Assembly: GCA_943842425.1 (NCBI GenBank)
Contig: CALTBR010000002.1
Coordinates: 408,970-472,969 of the forward strand
Direction of reading: 5' to 3'
Source: an uncultured Flavobacteriales bacterium
GTDB lineage: Bacteria; Bacteroidota; Bacteroidia; Flavobacteriales_D; Sanyastnellaceae
DNA: 64,000 nt
Positions within the stretch are counted from its first letter, which is position 1, and the number at the start of each line of letters is the position of its first letter. Shown here piece after piece: positions 1 to 9,951 of this stretch. The notes under the pieces were generated by a model. It made no database searches. It was not told where the DNA came from and saw only the letters and a program-made list of their open reading frames with translations. The position numbers were made by a program, and so were the translations under genes.

Positions 1-1
1 T

Positions 2-646
2 GCAACTTCCACCTCTAATATCGCAACAACTATACTGCTGAAAGGTTGGCAGAGTATCAGTGAAGATGATTTTGAGAATAGTTTAATTTGGTCTGAGTAC
101 TTTGAGTTTCCAGAGGGTGTTAACTCTTACGAATTGTTAAGATCTCCATCACGACTATCCGCAAACAGTCCGCTTACAACTTTTTCACACGAAGAATTTC
201 ACGCTGAAGACTACGTGGGAGATCTCACCCATCTACCTGGCGATTTTTGCTACACCATTATCGCAATCGATAATGATATGACAAACGGACTGAACGGAGC
301 GAGCTCAAATAGGGTTTGTTTAACTGAAGATCCACTGTTGTGGATACCCAATGCATTTACTCCGAACGGAGACCTTATTAATGATTGGTTTCCTTGGAAT
401 CCTGGTGAATCAACGCTGGGATTTATTTCTGCAGCTTCTGCTGTAAATGAGAGCTTTTACAAACTTACTGTTATGTCAAGATGGGGAGAAGTTATTTTTG
501 AGTCAGAAAATCCTGATGAATGTTGGGATGGTATCAATGACAATGAAATGGTCCCAGATGGTGTGTATACAGTTATTGCTGAAGTTTTAGACGGATCAGG
601 CAAATGGCACATGATCTCTAAAAATGTGCAAGTTATTAGGCCTTAA
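2..646 (+). CDS. C-terminal fragment of a secreted protein with a T9SS type-B sorting domain (gliding-motility-associated C-terminal domain). The 5' end lies off-window.
   Basis: The frame is open from nt 2 (ATSTSNIATT...), upstream of the TTG where the ORF track starts. The motif WIPNAFTPNGDLINDWF followed by a ~90-aa beta-rich tail is the hallmark of type-B CTDs. Confidence 0.7.
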   Translation, partial: ATSTSNIATTILLKGWQSISEDDFENSLIWSEYFEFPEGVNSYELLRSPSRLSANSPLTTFSHEEFHAEDYVGDLTHLPGDFCYTIIAIDNDMTNGLNGASSNRVCLTEDPLLWIPNAFTPNGDLINDWFPWNPGESTLGFISAASAVNESFYKLTVMSRWGEVIFESENPDECWDGINDNEMVPDGVYTVIAEVLDGSGKWHMISKNVQVIRP

Positions 647-651
647 ATAAG

Positions 652-659
652 TACCTTTG
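652..659 (+). promoter_or_regulatory. Bacteroidota -7 promoter box (TAnnTTTG) upstream of guaB
   Basis: TACCTTTG lies 56 nt upstream of the guaB ATG, in the only intergenic gap available. Confidence 0.4.
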
Positions 660-715
660 CTCGAATCGTTATCCGAAGTGTTGGACAGCGAATAAAACGG
701 TTCAATTATCTAAGC

Positions 716-2191
716 ATGCCTATTAAAGAGTCAAAGTTTTTTGGTGAAGGACTAACATACGACGATGTACTGCTTGTACCTGCTTACTCAGAAGTACTGC
801 CTCGCGATGCGCAACTAAAAACTAAATTTACAAGGAAAATAGAGCTGAAAGTACCCATTATTTCCGCGGCAATGGATACCGTAACTGAAAGCGCGATGGC
901 TATAGCTATAGCAAGAGAAGGAGGAATAGGTGTAATTCATAAAAACATGAGTATCGATCAGCAGGCAGCTGAAGTTTTGAAGGTTAAGCGCTCTGAGAAC
1001 GGTATGATTCAAGACCCCATAACACTCAACCGTGATGCAACTGTTCAAGATGCTATAAAAATAATGCGAGAGAGAGGAATTGGTGGAATTCCTATTGTAG
1101 ATTCTTCAAATATTCTTCAAGGAATTGTCACAAATCGAGATTTGAGATTTGAAAAAAGTTCTACCAAACCTATTTCAGAAGTAATGACAAGTGAGAATTT
1201 AGTTGTTACTTCTAACGGATCTAATTTTGACAATGCCGCAGATATTCTTCGCGAGCATAAAATTGAAAAACTTCCAGTTGTTAATCATGACAACAAACTA
1301 ATCGGATTAATTACATACCGAGATATTATCAAACTTAGTGAGTTCCCCAATTCTTGTAAGGATGAATTCGGAAGGTTACGTGTTGCCGCAGCAGTAGGTG
1401 TTACTTCAGACACTGTCGAGAGGGTTTCCGCTCTTGTTGAAGCTGATGTAGACGCTATAATAATCGATACAGCTCACGGCCACAGCAAAGGAGTAATCGA
1501 CGTTGTCAGAGAGGTAAAGAAGAAATTCTCCAACCTAGAGATCGTTTGTGGGAACATTGCAACAGGAGCTGCAGCTCTTGCTTTAGTAGAGGCTGGAGTT
1601 GATGCTGTAAAAGTGGGTGTTGGGCCTGGATCTATTTGCACAACAAGAATTATTGCAGGTGTAGGTGTCCCGCAACTTTCTGCTATTATGAATGTTTCAG
1701 TTGCATTAGAAGGTACTGGAGTTCCTATAATTGCTGATGGTGGTGTACGATATACTGGTGATATCGTCAAAGCTTTAGCAGGTGGTGGAGACAGCGTAAT
1801 GGTTGGATCAATGCTTGCTGGTACCGGCGAAAGCCCTGGTGCTACTTTTATGTATGAAGGACGTAGGTTCAAAGGATACAGAGGCATGGGGTCCATTGAA
1901 GCTATGGAAAAAGGATCGAAAGATAGATATTTCCAAGATGCTGAAGATGATGTGAGAAAGCTTGTGCCAGAAGGGATTAGCGGTAGAGTTCCATATAAAG
2001 GATCTGTTCAGGATGTGATGTACCAAATTGTTGGCGGATTGAGAGCTGGGATGGGGTATTGTGGCTCGAAGGATGTGCCTACTTTAAAGTCCGACGCTCA
2101 ATTCATGCGTATAACAAGCGCAAGTATGAAGGAAAGTCACCCTCATGATGTTATGATTTCAAGAGAGGCTCCTAATTATAGTATTAGATAA
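716..2191 (+). CDS. guaB: IMP dehydrogenase
   Basis: 491 aa. Has GLTYDDVLLVPAYSEVLPRD at the N-terminus, a tandem CBS insert, the catalytic loop GVGPGSICTTR, and GGVRYTGDIVKALAGG. Confidence 0.97.
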   Translation: MPIKESKFFGEGLTYDDVLLVPAYSEVLPRDAQLKTKFTRKIELKVPIISAAMDTVTESAMAIAIAREGGIGVIHKNMSIDQQAAEVLKVKRSENGMIQDPITLNRDATVQDAIKIMRERGIGGIPIVDSSNILQGIVTNRDLRFEKSSTKPISEVMTSENLVVTSNGSNFDNAADILREHKIEKLPVVNHDNKLIGLITYRDIIKLSEFPNSCKDEFGRLRVAAAVGVTSDTVERVSALVEADVDAIIIDTAHGHSKGVIDVVREVKKKFSNLEIVCGNIATGAAALALVEAGVDAVKVGVGPGSICTTRIIAGVGVPQLSAIMNVSVALEGTGVPIIADGGVRYTGDIVKALAGGGDSVMVGSMLAGTGESPGATFMYEGRRFKGYRGMGSIEAMEKGSKDRYFQDAEDDVRKLVPEGISGRVPYKGSVQDVMYQIVGGLRAGMGYCGSKDVPTLKSDAQFMRITSASMKESHPHDVMISREAPNYSIR

Positions 2192-2198
2192 AAAAGAC

Positions 2199-4220
2199 AT
2201 GATGAATAAAATTATTACCCTTTGCGGGGTAGCGTTTTTAGGCTTAAATATTAGTATTTCAGCCCAAACTAAAGAAGAAAACACTTCGGACGATTCAGTT
2301 ATCCTCACTGTAGGAGCAGAGGTTGTGAGCCTTGGCGACTTTAAATACATTTACAGTAAAAACAACCGAGATAGCATCATAACTTCTAAGGCATTAGATG
2401 AATACATGGAGCTTTTTATCAAGTTTAAGCTCAAGGTAATGGAGGCTGAAGCTCTCGGAATGGACACCATAGCTGAGTTTACAAAAGAGTTAGCTGGTTA
2501 CCGTAAACAACTAACAAGACCATATCTGGTAGACATGGAACTTCTAGATGAATTGGTCCTTGAAGCTCATAATAGAAAACAAGAGGAAATTCATGCTCGA
2601 CACATCCTTGTCAGTGTCAATCCCGAGGCATCCCCTTCAGACACACTGCGTGCTTGGAATAGAATCTCAAAGCTAAGAAATAGAGTAAATGCAGGTGAAG
2701 ACTTTACAACCGTAGCGAAAAGTAAGGGAGGTAGTGATGATCCATCTGTAGTTGATAATGGTGGTGACTTAGGTTGGTTTACTGCATTCCAAATGGTTTA
2801 TGCATTTGAGGACGCCGCTTACAACACTTCTGTGGGGGAACTTAGTGAGATCGTACGCACAAGGTTTGGCTACCATTTCCTAGAAGTTGATGGTAGAAGA
2901 GCCGCACGGGGCGAGATTCAAGTTGCTCATATTATGGTGAGGGTAGATGATGCATCTAAAAAAACCATGGTGCAAAGCGCGAAATCTACGATTGACGCAG
3001 TCGCTTCATTTCTTAAGAATGGGGAGACATTCGAGTCGCTGGCTCTGAAGTATAGTGATGACCCTACTACGGCGAGTAAGGGAGGTGTTCTACCTTGGTT
3101 CGGAACAGGTAAAATGGTTGAAGAGTTTGAAAACGCTTCTTTTAACCTTGAAAATAATGGCGACGTAAGTGAGCCTTTTCTATCGAATTACGGTTGGCAC
3201 ATAGTGAAGAGAATAGGATTTAAACCACTTGAGACATTTGATGATGTTGAGCGCCAACTTAGAAAAAAAGTGAGTCGAGATTCAAGAGCTGATATTACGC
3301 GTTCATCATTCTTAAATAAACTTAAAAAGGAATACGACTTCAAATTAGACAAAAAACGTGTCTCACATTTAGCATCTATTGTAACAGGGATTGACAGCGT
3401 ATTCTATAAAGGTCATCCTATTGAAAACGTTAAAAAATCTGAACTTAATCGAGTTTTATTTTCAATTCAAGAAAACGTAACCACAGTATCTGATTTTATT
3501 CTTTACACAAACACACAAAAGCCACAAGGACTTATGCGCTCTGCCCGAGCCATACTAGACGGAATGATTGATTCAATGATAGAAGAGGAATTACTTGCTT
3601 TTGAAGATTCAAGGTTGGAAGAGAAACACAACGAATTCAGAATGTTAATTGAGGAGTATCACGATGGTATTCTTTTGTTTGAATTAACCGATGAAATGGT
3701 TTGGTCTAAAGCTGTTAAAGACACAACTGGATTAGAGAAATACCACGAAGTGAATAACGGCCTATTTATGTGGCAAGAACGCTTAGAATTAGCTATTTAC
3801 ACCTGTGAAGATGAGGGGGTTGCTAAAACTGTGAAGAAAGCTGTAAAGAAAGGGAATGATATTGTGGCATTAAGGCGTGAACTAATCGCTGAAAGGCCTT
3901 TGGCTCTCAAAATGGAAGACGGACTATTTTCTATGGGAGATAACAACTGGGCTGACTCTGTATTTACTGCAATTTCAAATAAAACTTTAAGTCTTGATTC
4001 TAAATCTCCAAGATTTATGACTTTAAAAATTGGTGATAACGGGGTCATATTAATTGATGTTATAGCCGTAATTAAGCCTATGCATAAAACACTTGATGAG
4101 GCCCGTGGTCAAGTAATAGCAAGTTATCAAGATTTCTTAGAGAATGAGTGGATCGATCGCTTAAGAATGAAATATCCCGTTTCTATTAAGAAGGATGTCT
4201 TATACGAGTTAATCGATTAA
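2199..4220 (+). CDS. Periplasmic peptidyl-prolyl isomerase, PpiC/parvulin type (SurA/PpiD-like), with two parvulin domains
   Basis: Signal peptide present. Parvulin motifs occur twice: HARHILV...GGDLGWF...FGYHFLEV and VAHIMV...GGVLPWF...YGWHIVKR. Confidence 0.85.
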   Translation: MMNKIITLCGVAFLGLNISISAQTKEENTSDDSVILTVGAEVVSLGDFKYIYSKNNRDSIITSKALDEYMELFIKFKLKVMEAEALGMDTIAEFTKELAGYRKQLTRPYLVDMELLDELVLEAHNRKQEEIHARHILVSVNPEASPSDTLRAWNRISKLRNRVNAGEDFTTVAKSKGGSDDPSVVDNGGDLGWFTAFQMVYAFEDAAYNTSVGELSEIVRTRFGYHFLEVDGRRAARGEIQVAHIMVRVDDASKKTMVQSAKSTIDAVASFLKNGETFESLALKYSDDPTTASKGGVLPWFGTGKMVEEFENASFNLENNGDVSEPFLSNYGWHIVKRIGFKPLETFDDVERQLRKKVSRDSRADITRSSFLNKLKKEYDFKLDKKRVSHLASIVTGIDSVFYKGHPIENVKKSELNRVLFSIQENVTTVSDFILYTNTQKPQGLMRSARAILDGMIDSMIEEELLAFEDSRLEEKHNEFRMLIEEYHDGILLFELTDEMVWSKAVKDTTGLEKYHEVNNGLFMWQERLELAIYTCEDEGVAKTVKKAVKKGNDIVALRRELIAERPLALKMEDGLFSMGDNNWADSVFTAISNKTLSLDSKSPRFMTLKIGDNGVILIDVIAVIKPMHKTLDEARGQVIASYQDFLENEWIDRLRMKYPVSIKKDVLYELID

Positions 4221-4221
4221 C

Positions 4222-5088
4222 ATGCTGAAAAGTGAGAGTATTATTGTATTAATTGCACTAGTCTCTCTTCATGCTTGTGTTCTTTTTAGTGATGATACAA
4301 TCGAGAATAAAGTTGTTGTTTCTGCTTTCGGAAAAAACCTACTATTAGATAGTCTTTGCTCCAGAATCCCTGACGAATTGTCGTTTGAGGACAGCACACT
4401 TCTAAGCGAACGTATTATTGAAGGGTGGGTTAGAGAGAATGTATTACTTGCTCAAGCGGAGAAGAATATCAACGAATTTTCCTCAGCTTTTGAATCTTCA
4501 ATCAAGTCTTATAGAAATGCCTTACTTGTAACTCAATTCGAAAGGGAATTTATCGCATCTAGAGTAGATACTAAGGTTCAAGATGAAGAAATTGAGAAGT
4601 TTCACTCTGATTACCCTGAACTTTTTCAACTTAAGGAGCATGTTTTAAGAGCTGTGTTTTTTGAAATAAATACGGAAGAGGATATGTTGGACTCGGCCAG
4701 AATTTGGCTGACAACAGCTGACTCAAGTAGCGTGCCTAAATTAGAACAATGGTCTATAGAGCGCGGAGCTCACTTCGCCTTAGATGTAGATTATTGGTGG
4801 TTATTAAGCGATTTATTACAAACCGTTCCCATGCAAGTTTACCGCATTGAAGACCAGTTGCGAGACAGAAGATTAATTGAATTTACCGATGGCGATTCTA
4901 GATATTTATTGCGCATTCTAGAGCATCGATTAAAGGACCTCCCCTCCCCTATTTCAATTGCACGAAAAAGAATTGTCGATTTAATCATTCAGGAAAGAAG
5001 GCGTTGTATTTTAGAAAACTTAAGGGATGATCTGGTAAGTGATGCTTGGGCAAATGGAGAAATTATTCGAGATAGTATCCTTAATTAA
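4222..5088 (+). CDS. Hypothetical periplasmic protein, possibly a SurA-N-like chaperone module with no parvulin motif
   Basis: 288 aa with a signal/lipobox-like N-terminus (LHACVLF). It sits between two PPIase genes with a 1-nt gap. No FGYH-type motif was seen. Confidence 0.45.
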   Translation: MLKSESIIVLIALVSLHACVLFSDDTIENKVVVSAFGKNLLLDSLCSRIPDELSFEDSTLLSERIIEGWVRENVLLAQAEKNINEFSSAFESSIKSYRNALLVTQFEREFIASRVDTKVQDEEIEKFHSDYPELFQLKEHVLRAVFFEINTEEDMLDSARIWLTTADSSSVPKLEQWSIERGAHFALDVDYWWLLSDLLQTVPMQVYRIEDQLRDRRLIEFTDGDSRYLLRILEHRLKDLPSPISIARKRIVDLIIQERRRCILENLRDDLVSDAWANGEIIRDSILN

Positions 5089-5112
5089 TCTTAGCAGTTT
5101 ACCTTAGCAGTC

Positions 5113-6483
5113 ATGCTACGAATCACACTTTTATTTGCTTTTTTTCTAACATCTTCAGTTGTGACTTTTGCTCAACCTGGAAATTCGACAAACTTGAGTG
5201 AGAAGTATCAATTAATAGATGGGATTATTGCTGTTGTGGGTGATGAAATTATCCTCAATAGCTCAATTGAAGATCGAGCACTGCAAGAGAGGCTTCAAGG
5301 AAAAAAGTCAGGTCAAAATGATCGTTGTAAGTTTATAGAAGAGCTCCTTTTTGAAAAACTTTTACTTCACAATGCAAAAATTGACAGTTTAGAGGTAACA
5401 GACGGTCAAATCATGGATGAAATTGACCGCCGACTTGCATATTACGTTCAGATGCTTGGCTCGGTAGAGGCGTTTGAAGCTGAATATGGGAAAACGGTCT
5501 CTGAGTGGAAGGCGGATTTCACTGAGCCGATTAAGGATCAGCTTTTAGCCCAAAGCATGCAGCAGTCAATCTCCCAAGAAATTCGTGCCACCCCAGCAGA
5601 AGTTATGGAGTATTTTGAAAACACCCCTTTAGATTCACTGCCTCTTATTCCTGAAGAAATCAGTTACAGTGAAATCGTACTTCAACCTGAAATTTCTGAA
5701 GTTCAAAAACAAGCGGTCAGAACAACACTGGATTCAATAAGAAACTTAGTGGCTTCTGGTAAGCTTTCTATGACTTTAGCTGCAACAAGATATTCTGAAG
5801 ATCCAGGGTCTAAATACAAGGGTGGATGTTATGAGAACATTCGACGTGGAGCTTTCGTCGCAGAATTTGAGGCTGCTGTATTCGACACACCTCTCAATGG
5901 ATATTCTAATGTTTTCGAAACCGATTTTGGATATCATTTCTTGAGAGTTACAGATACAAGAGGTGAATTGTTTAGCGCATGTCATGTACTTATGAAACCT
6001 AAAGTAGATCTCTTCGCCTTGGAAAATTTAAAGTCTACAATAGACTCGCTACACGTAGCACTTGAAACTGGGGGTATCTCCTTCGACACTGCTGTTTTAT
6101 CGAATTCGACAAGAACTGAATCAAAAAATTCAAAAGGCCAAGTAGTCAACTCTCGAGATGGGGGTATTATGTTTGGCGTCGACGAGTTAGACCCAAATAT
6201 TTACTTCCTTTTAGAACCTTTAGTAGAAGGGGAAGTGAGCATACCCGTACAATTACTTGATGAAGATGACAATGGGTACTGGACCATCCTCAAGCTAGAT
6301 GGAAGAAGAGTAGCCCACAGAGCAAACCCTAAAGATGACTACGCACTTTTTCAATCTCAAGTAGAAAACAATATGAGATCTAAAGAGATGAATGATTGGA
6401 TACAACAACATATTTCGGATACTTACATTCGAATCATCCCCTCATACGAAGGTTGCCTCTATAATATGGATTGGGTAAAGTAG
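5113..6483 (+). CDS. surA: SurA-like peptidyl-prolyl isomerase/chaperone
   Basis: Signal peptide present. Has a SurA-N-like IDGIIAVVGDEIIL segment and a parvulin core KGGCY...FGYHFLRV. Confidence 0.8.
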   Translation: MLRITLLFAFFLTSSVVTFAQPGNSTNLSEKYQLIDGIIAVVGDEIILNSSIEDRALQERLQGKKSGQNDRCKFIEELLFEKLLLHNAKIDSLEVTDGQIMDEIDRRLAYYVQMLGSVEAFEAEYGKTVSEWKADFTEPIKDQLLAQSMQQSISQEIRATPAEVMEYFENTPLDSLPLIPEEISYSEIVLQPEISEVQKQAVRTTLDSIRNLVASGKLSMTLAATRYSEDPGSKYKGGCYENIRRGAFVAEFEAAVFDTPLNGYSNVFETDFGYHFLRVTDTRGELFSACHVLMKPKVDLFALENLKSTIDSLHVALETGGISFDTAVLSNSTRTESKNSKGQVVNSRDGGIMFGVDELDPNIYFLLEPLVEGEVSIPVQLLDEDDNGYWTILKLDGRRVAHRANPKDDYALFQSQVENNMRSKEMNDWIQQHISDTYIRIIPSYEGCLYNMDWVK

Positions 6484-6495
6484 GTTTTAAATATT

Positions 6496-7467
6496 ATGTC
6501 TGAATTAAATAACATGAACGATAAAGAAGCTCTAGATAATCTTAGGGAAAAGCACACGAAACTAATTCATGAGGTTTCAAAGGTTATTATAGGCCAAAAT
6601 CAAGTGATTCGCGAGGTCACAATGGCAGTGCTCGCTGGTGGACATTGCCTGCTTGTTGGAGTTCCTGGGCTTGCAAAAACTCTACTTGTAAATACTGTAT
6701 CACAAGCTTTAGGACTTTCTTTTAACAGAATACAATTCACTCCAGACCTTATGCCATCTGACATTACAGGTTCTGAAATCTTGAATGATGCAAGGAAGTT
6801 TGAGTTCATTAAGGGTCCATTATTCGCGAACATCGTTTTAGCTGATGAGATTAACCGAACTCCTCCTAAAACTCAAGCGGCACTACTTGAAGCTATGCAG
6901 GAAAAATCCGTTACAGTAAATGGAAAGAGTTCTGAATTACCTTCTCCTTTTTTCGTTTTAGCTACTCAGAACCCAATAGAACAAGAGGGGACCTATCCCC
7001 TTCCTGAAGCTCAATTAGATAGATTTATGTTCAACACTTGGGTTGATTACCCGACATTTGAAGAAGAGTTAAATGTAGTAAAACAAACTACAGGAAATGT
7101 TAGTGAAACTATTTCGCCTATCATGTCTGGTGAAGAGATCTTAAGCTATCAAAAACTCATACGCAGCATGCCCGTTGCTGAAAACGTTTTAAACTACGCT
7201 GTAAATCTTGCATGTAAAACACGACCTGGAAGAGATAAAGCTACAAAAGACGTGAACAAATATCTGAGTTGGGGAGCTGGTCCACGTGCCTCTCAATTTC
7301 TAATTGTCGGAGCTAAAGTTCATGCTGCTCTAGAAGGTAAATACAGTCCAGACATTGAAGATGTCAAAGCTGTTGCCTTGCCTATATTAAGACATAGAAT
7401 AGTTACCAATTATAAGGCCGAGGCAGATGGAATTACGGTTAGTCAACTGATATCAGATTTGACATAA
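6496..7467 (+). CDS. MoxR-family AAA+ ATPase
   Basis: 323 aa. Has Walker A GVPGLAKT, Walker B LADEINR, and the MoxR-typical motifs LEAMQE...FFVLATQNPIEQEGTYPLPEAQLDRF. Confidence 0.92.
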   Translation: MSELNNMNDKEALDNLREKHTKLIHEVSKVIIGQNQVIREVTMAVLAGGHCLLVGVPGLAKTLLVNTVSQALGLSFNRIQFTPDLMPSDITGSEILNDARKFEFIKGPLFANIVLADEINRTPPKTQAALLEAMQEKSVTVNGKSSELPSPFFVLATQNPIEQEGTYPLPEAQLDRFMFNTWVDYPTFEEELNVVKQTTGNVSETISPIMSGEEILSYQKLIRSMPVAENVLNYAVNLACKTRPGRDKATKDVNKYLSWGAGPRASQFLIVGAKVHAALEGKYSPDIEDVKAVALPILRHRIVTNYKAEADGITVSQLISDLT

Positions 7468-7474
7468 CAGGTTC

Positions 7475-8557
7475 ATGAAGCTGTTAATCATAATAGGAAC
7501 GCGACCTAATTTTATAAAAGTTACTCGTTTTAAAGAAGTGGCAAATACGATTGACGATTTCAACGTTGAAATCGTTCATACTGGCCAACATTACGACAGT
7601 AAAATGTCTGGTGTATTCTTCGATCAATTTAAACTCAAACCGGATTATTTTCTTTCTCTTAGAGGTGAAGATGCAGCAAGCCATTTTGGGAATATGATTG
7701 TCGATTTAGGACAGTTAATTTCGGAACTTAAGCCCGATATAGTGTTAGTTCCAGGTGATGTGAATTCTTCTTTAGCTGGTGCTTTAGCAGCACATCGATG
7801 TGGTGTTTCAATCGCCCATCTTGAGTCTGGGCTTCGCAGTAGAGATAGAGAGATGCCTGAAGAAGTAAATAGAATTCTTATAGACCAAATCTCAGATTTT
7901 CACTTTGTAACCGAGATTTCTGGAATGAATAATCTATTCGAGGAAGGATTGATTTCTTCTACAGATGACCCTAAAATTTTGGTGGGTAACACCATGATAG
8001 ACACCTTAGTTAAACACAGCTCGGAGATAGAGTTAAGTAGCATTTTATCCGATTTAGAAATTAGCGGTAAAGAATACTGCTTATGTACGATGCATAGGCC
8101 ATCAAATGTAGATAATATTGAGGGCGTAAATTTTATTTTAAGCATGCTTGAAGAGCTTGTGAAAAAATGTATTGTTGTTTTCCCTATTCATCCAAGATCG
8201 CGTTTAAATATTGAGTCGATTGGACTTTGGGATAAACTAACAGAAATAGAGGGGGTAGTGATTACTGAACCTTTAGGATACTTTGATTTTCAAAAACTCA
8301 TTAAAAACTCAGAGTACGTAATCACCGATTCAGGAGGCATTCAGGAAGAAACAACTTTTTGTAATATCCCGTGTATTACAATACGTGAAAACACTGAAAG
8401 ACCTATCACAATAGACAAAGGCACCAATCACTTAGTAGGACGTAATCTACCTGCAATCTTACATGCTTTAGAAAACCCCAAGACTTGTGAGGCACCAAAG
8501 TTATGGGATGGATATACTACTGAGAGGGTTGTGTCGACTTTACTCCAGAGAGGTTAA
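7475..8557 (+). CDS. wecB: UDP-N-acetylglucosamine 2-epimerase (non-hydrolysing)
   Basis: 360 aa. Has IIGTRPNFIK, VHTGQHYD, VPGDVNSSLAGALAA, HLESGLRS, TDSGGIQEE and RENTERP. Confidence 0.9.
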   Translation: MKLLIIIGTRPNFIKVTRFKEVANTIDDFNVEIVHTGQHYDSKMSGVFFDQFKLKPDYFLSLRGEDAASHFGNMIVDLGQLISELKPDIVLVPGDVNSSLAGALAAHRCGVSIAHLESGLRSRDREMPEEVNRILIDQISDFHFVTEISGMNNLFEEGLISSTDDPKILVGNTMIDTLVKHSSEIELSSILSDLEISGKEYCLCTMHRPSNVDNIEGVNFILSMLEELVKKCIVVFPIHPRSRLNIESIGLWDKLTEIEGVVITEPLGYFDFQKLIKNSEYVITDSGGIQEETTFCNIPCITIRENTERPITIDKGTNHLVGRNLPAILHALENPKTCEAPKLWDGYTTERVVSTLLQRG

Positions 8558-8593
8558 ATCGACTGTTGAAGTAGAATGGGCGAAAGAAGCGAG

Positions 8594-9877
8594 TTAGCTT
8601 GCTGGAAGTAATTTTCCCGAAACTTCACCGAAACCGATTGAGATTCCAGTGGTGGATTTTTTTGATCCTCGCATAGTTACTGTATCGCCATCATTGATGA
8701 ATCTTCTCTCGGTGCCGTCAGGCATAGCAACTGGCTTAGTGCCCTTCCAAGAAATTTCAAGCATAGATCCGAAAGATCCTTCTTTAGGGCCAGAAATAGT
8801 GCCTGACGCAATCATATCTCCTCCGCGAATATTACATCCGTTGACTGTATGATGAGCTAATTGTTGACGCATATTCCAATACATGTGCTTGAAATTTGAT
8901 CGGCACACTATTTTCGAATCTCCTTTAGGAGTTAAAATTTCCACTTCAAGATCGATGTCATAATGAGAGTGCCCGGAATACTCTAGGTAGGGAAGAACTT
9001 TAGGATCCTGAATCGGGCCAGAGACGCGATATGGTTCTAGGGCGTCAAGGGTAACTATCCAAGGTGAAATGCTAGAAGCGAAATTTTTACCTAGGAAGGG
9101 GCCGAGCGGGATATACTCCCACTTTTGGATATCGCGGGCTGACCAGTCATTGAAAAGTACTAGACCGAAGATGTAATCGTCTGCCTCTTCCGTTGAAATC
9201 GGTTGGCCGAGAGATTTTCCAGGGTGTGTAATAAACGCCATCTCGAGTTCAAAATCCAGTAGGCGGGATGGACCATAAACTGGGGGCTCGTTCTCTGAAG
9301 GCTTGAGCTGACCATGGGGTCTTGTAATAGGAGTGTCACTAACGACAATCGAAGAGGCGCGACCATGATAAGCAACCGGCATGTGCTTCCAGTTAGGTAG
9401 AAGTGCATTATCTGGGTCACGGAACATCTTACCTACGTTACGTGCGTGATCTTCTGAGGAGTAGCAATCTGTGTAGTCACCAACATTTACGGGTAGATGC
9501 ATTGTTACTGTGGAGAGGTCTATGATGCAAGCTGCATGAGAATCTGTGGCGACTCGCAACTCCGATGAGTCAGCATTAAGAAGCGTACTGATTCGAGCAC
9601 GTAGTAATCGAGTGGCCGCTTTCCCATGATTAATAATAGGATTTAGAGTTGATGCAGAATAATCTGACTCCGTGAAAGGAAGTTCCTTTGAAGTGCGGAG
9701 AAATCCCGCAGCAAAGAGTGCTGATAGATTGAGAACTTGATCTCCTATCGCAACTCCTACTCTAGCAGAAAGTGAGGCTGTAGAGAAAATTCCGAAGGGA
9801 AGATTTTGGATAGGGAAATCAGAATTTGCAGGAATTTCTAGCCAAGATCTAAGAGATGGGTTGTTTGCTTCAATCAT
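8594..9877 (-). CDS. fahA: Fumarylacetoacetase (tyrosine catabolism)
   Basis: 427 aa, collinear from memory with metazoan FAH. Shared segments include SDFPIQNLPFGIFS, GDYTDCYSS, NWKHMPVAYHGRASS, NDWSARDIQKWEYIPLGPFLGKNF and GSMLEISWKGTKP. Confidence 0.92.
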   Translation of the reverse strand: MIEANNPSLRSWLEIPANSDFPIQNLPFGIFSTASLSARVGVAIGDQVLNLSALFAAGFLRTSKELPFTESDYSASTLNPIINHGKAATRLLRARISTLLNADSSELRVATDSHAACIIDLSTVTMHLPVNVGDYTDCYSSEDHARNVGKMFRDPDNALLPNWKHMPVAYHGRASSIVVSDTPITRPHGQLKPSENEPPVYGPSRLLDFELEMAFITHPGKSLGQPISTEEADDYIFGLVLFNDWSARDIQKWEYIPLGPFLGKNFASSISPWIVTLDALEPYRVSGPIQDPKVLPYLEYSGHSHYDIDLEVEILTPKGDSKIVCRSNFKHMYWNMRQQLAHHTVNGCNIRGGDMIASGTISGPKEGSFGSMLEISWKGTKPVAMPDGTERRFINDGDTVTMRGSKKSTTGISIGFGEVSGKLLPAS

Positions 9878-9925
9878 AGTGCGAAATTACCTCAAGAAAG
9901 GCTGATAAACGAAGGAAGGATTCAG

Positions 9926-9933
9926 TAGATTTG
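9926..9933 (+). promoter_or_regulatory. Bacteroidota -7 promoter box upstream of relA/spoT
   Basis: TAGATTTG ends 18 nt before the ATG at 9952. Confidence 0.45.
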
Positions 9934-9951
9934 GGTTAAGTAAAAAGCACA

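Noticed and set aside
1474-1896. A 140-aa minus-strand ORF inside guaB
   Set aside because: It is a shadow of the Gly/Ala/Val-rich IMPDH barrel region, and its translation is Pro/Thr/Ser low-complexity.
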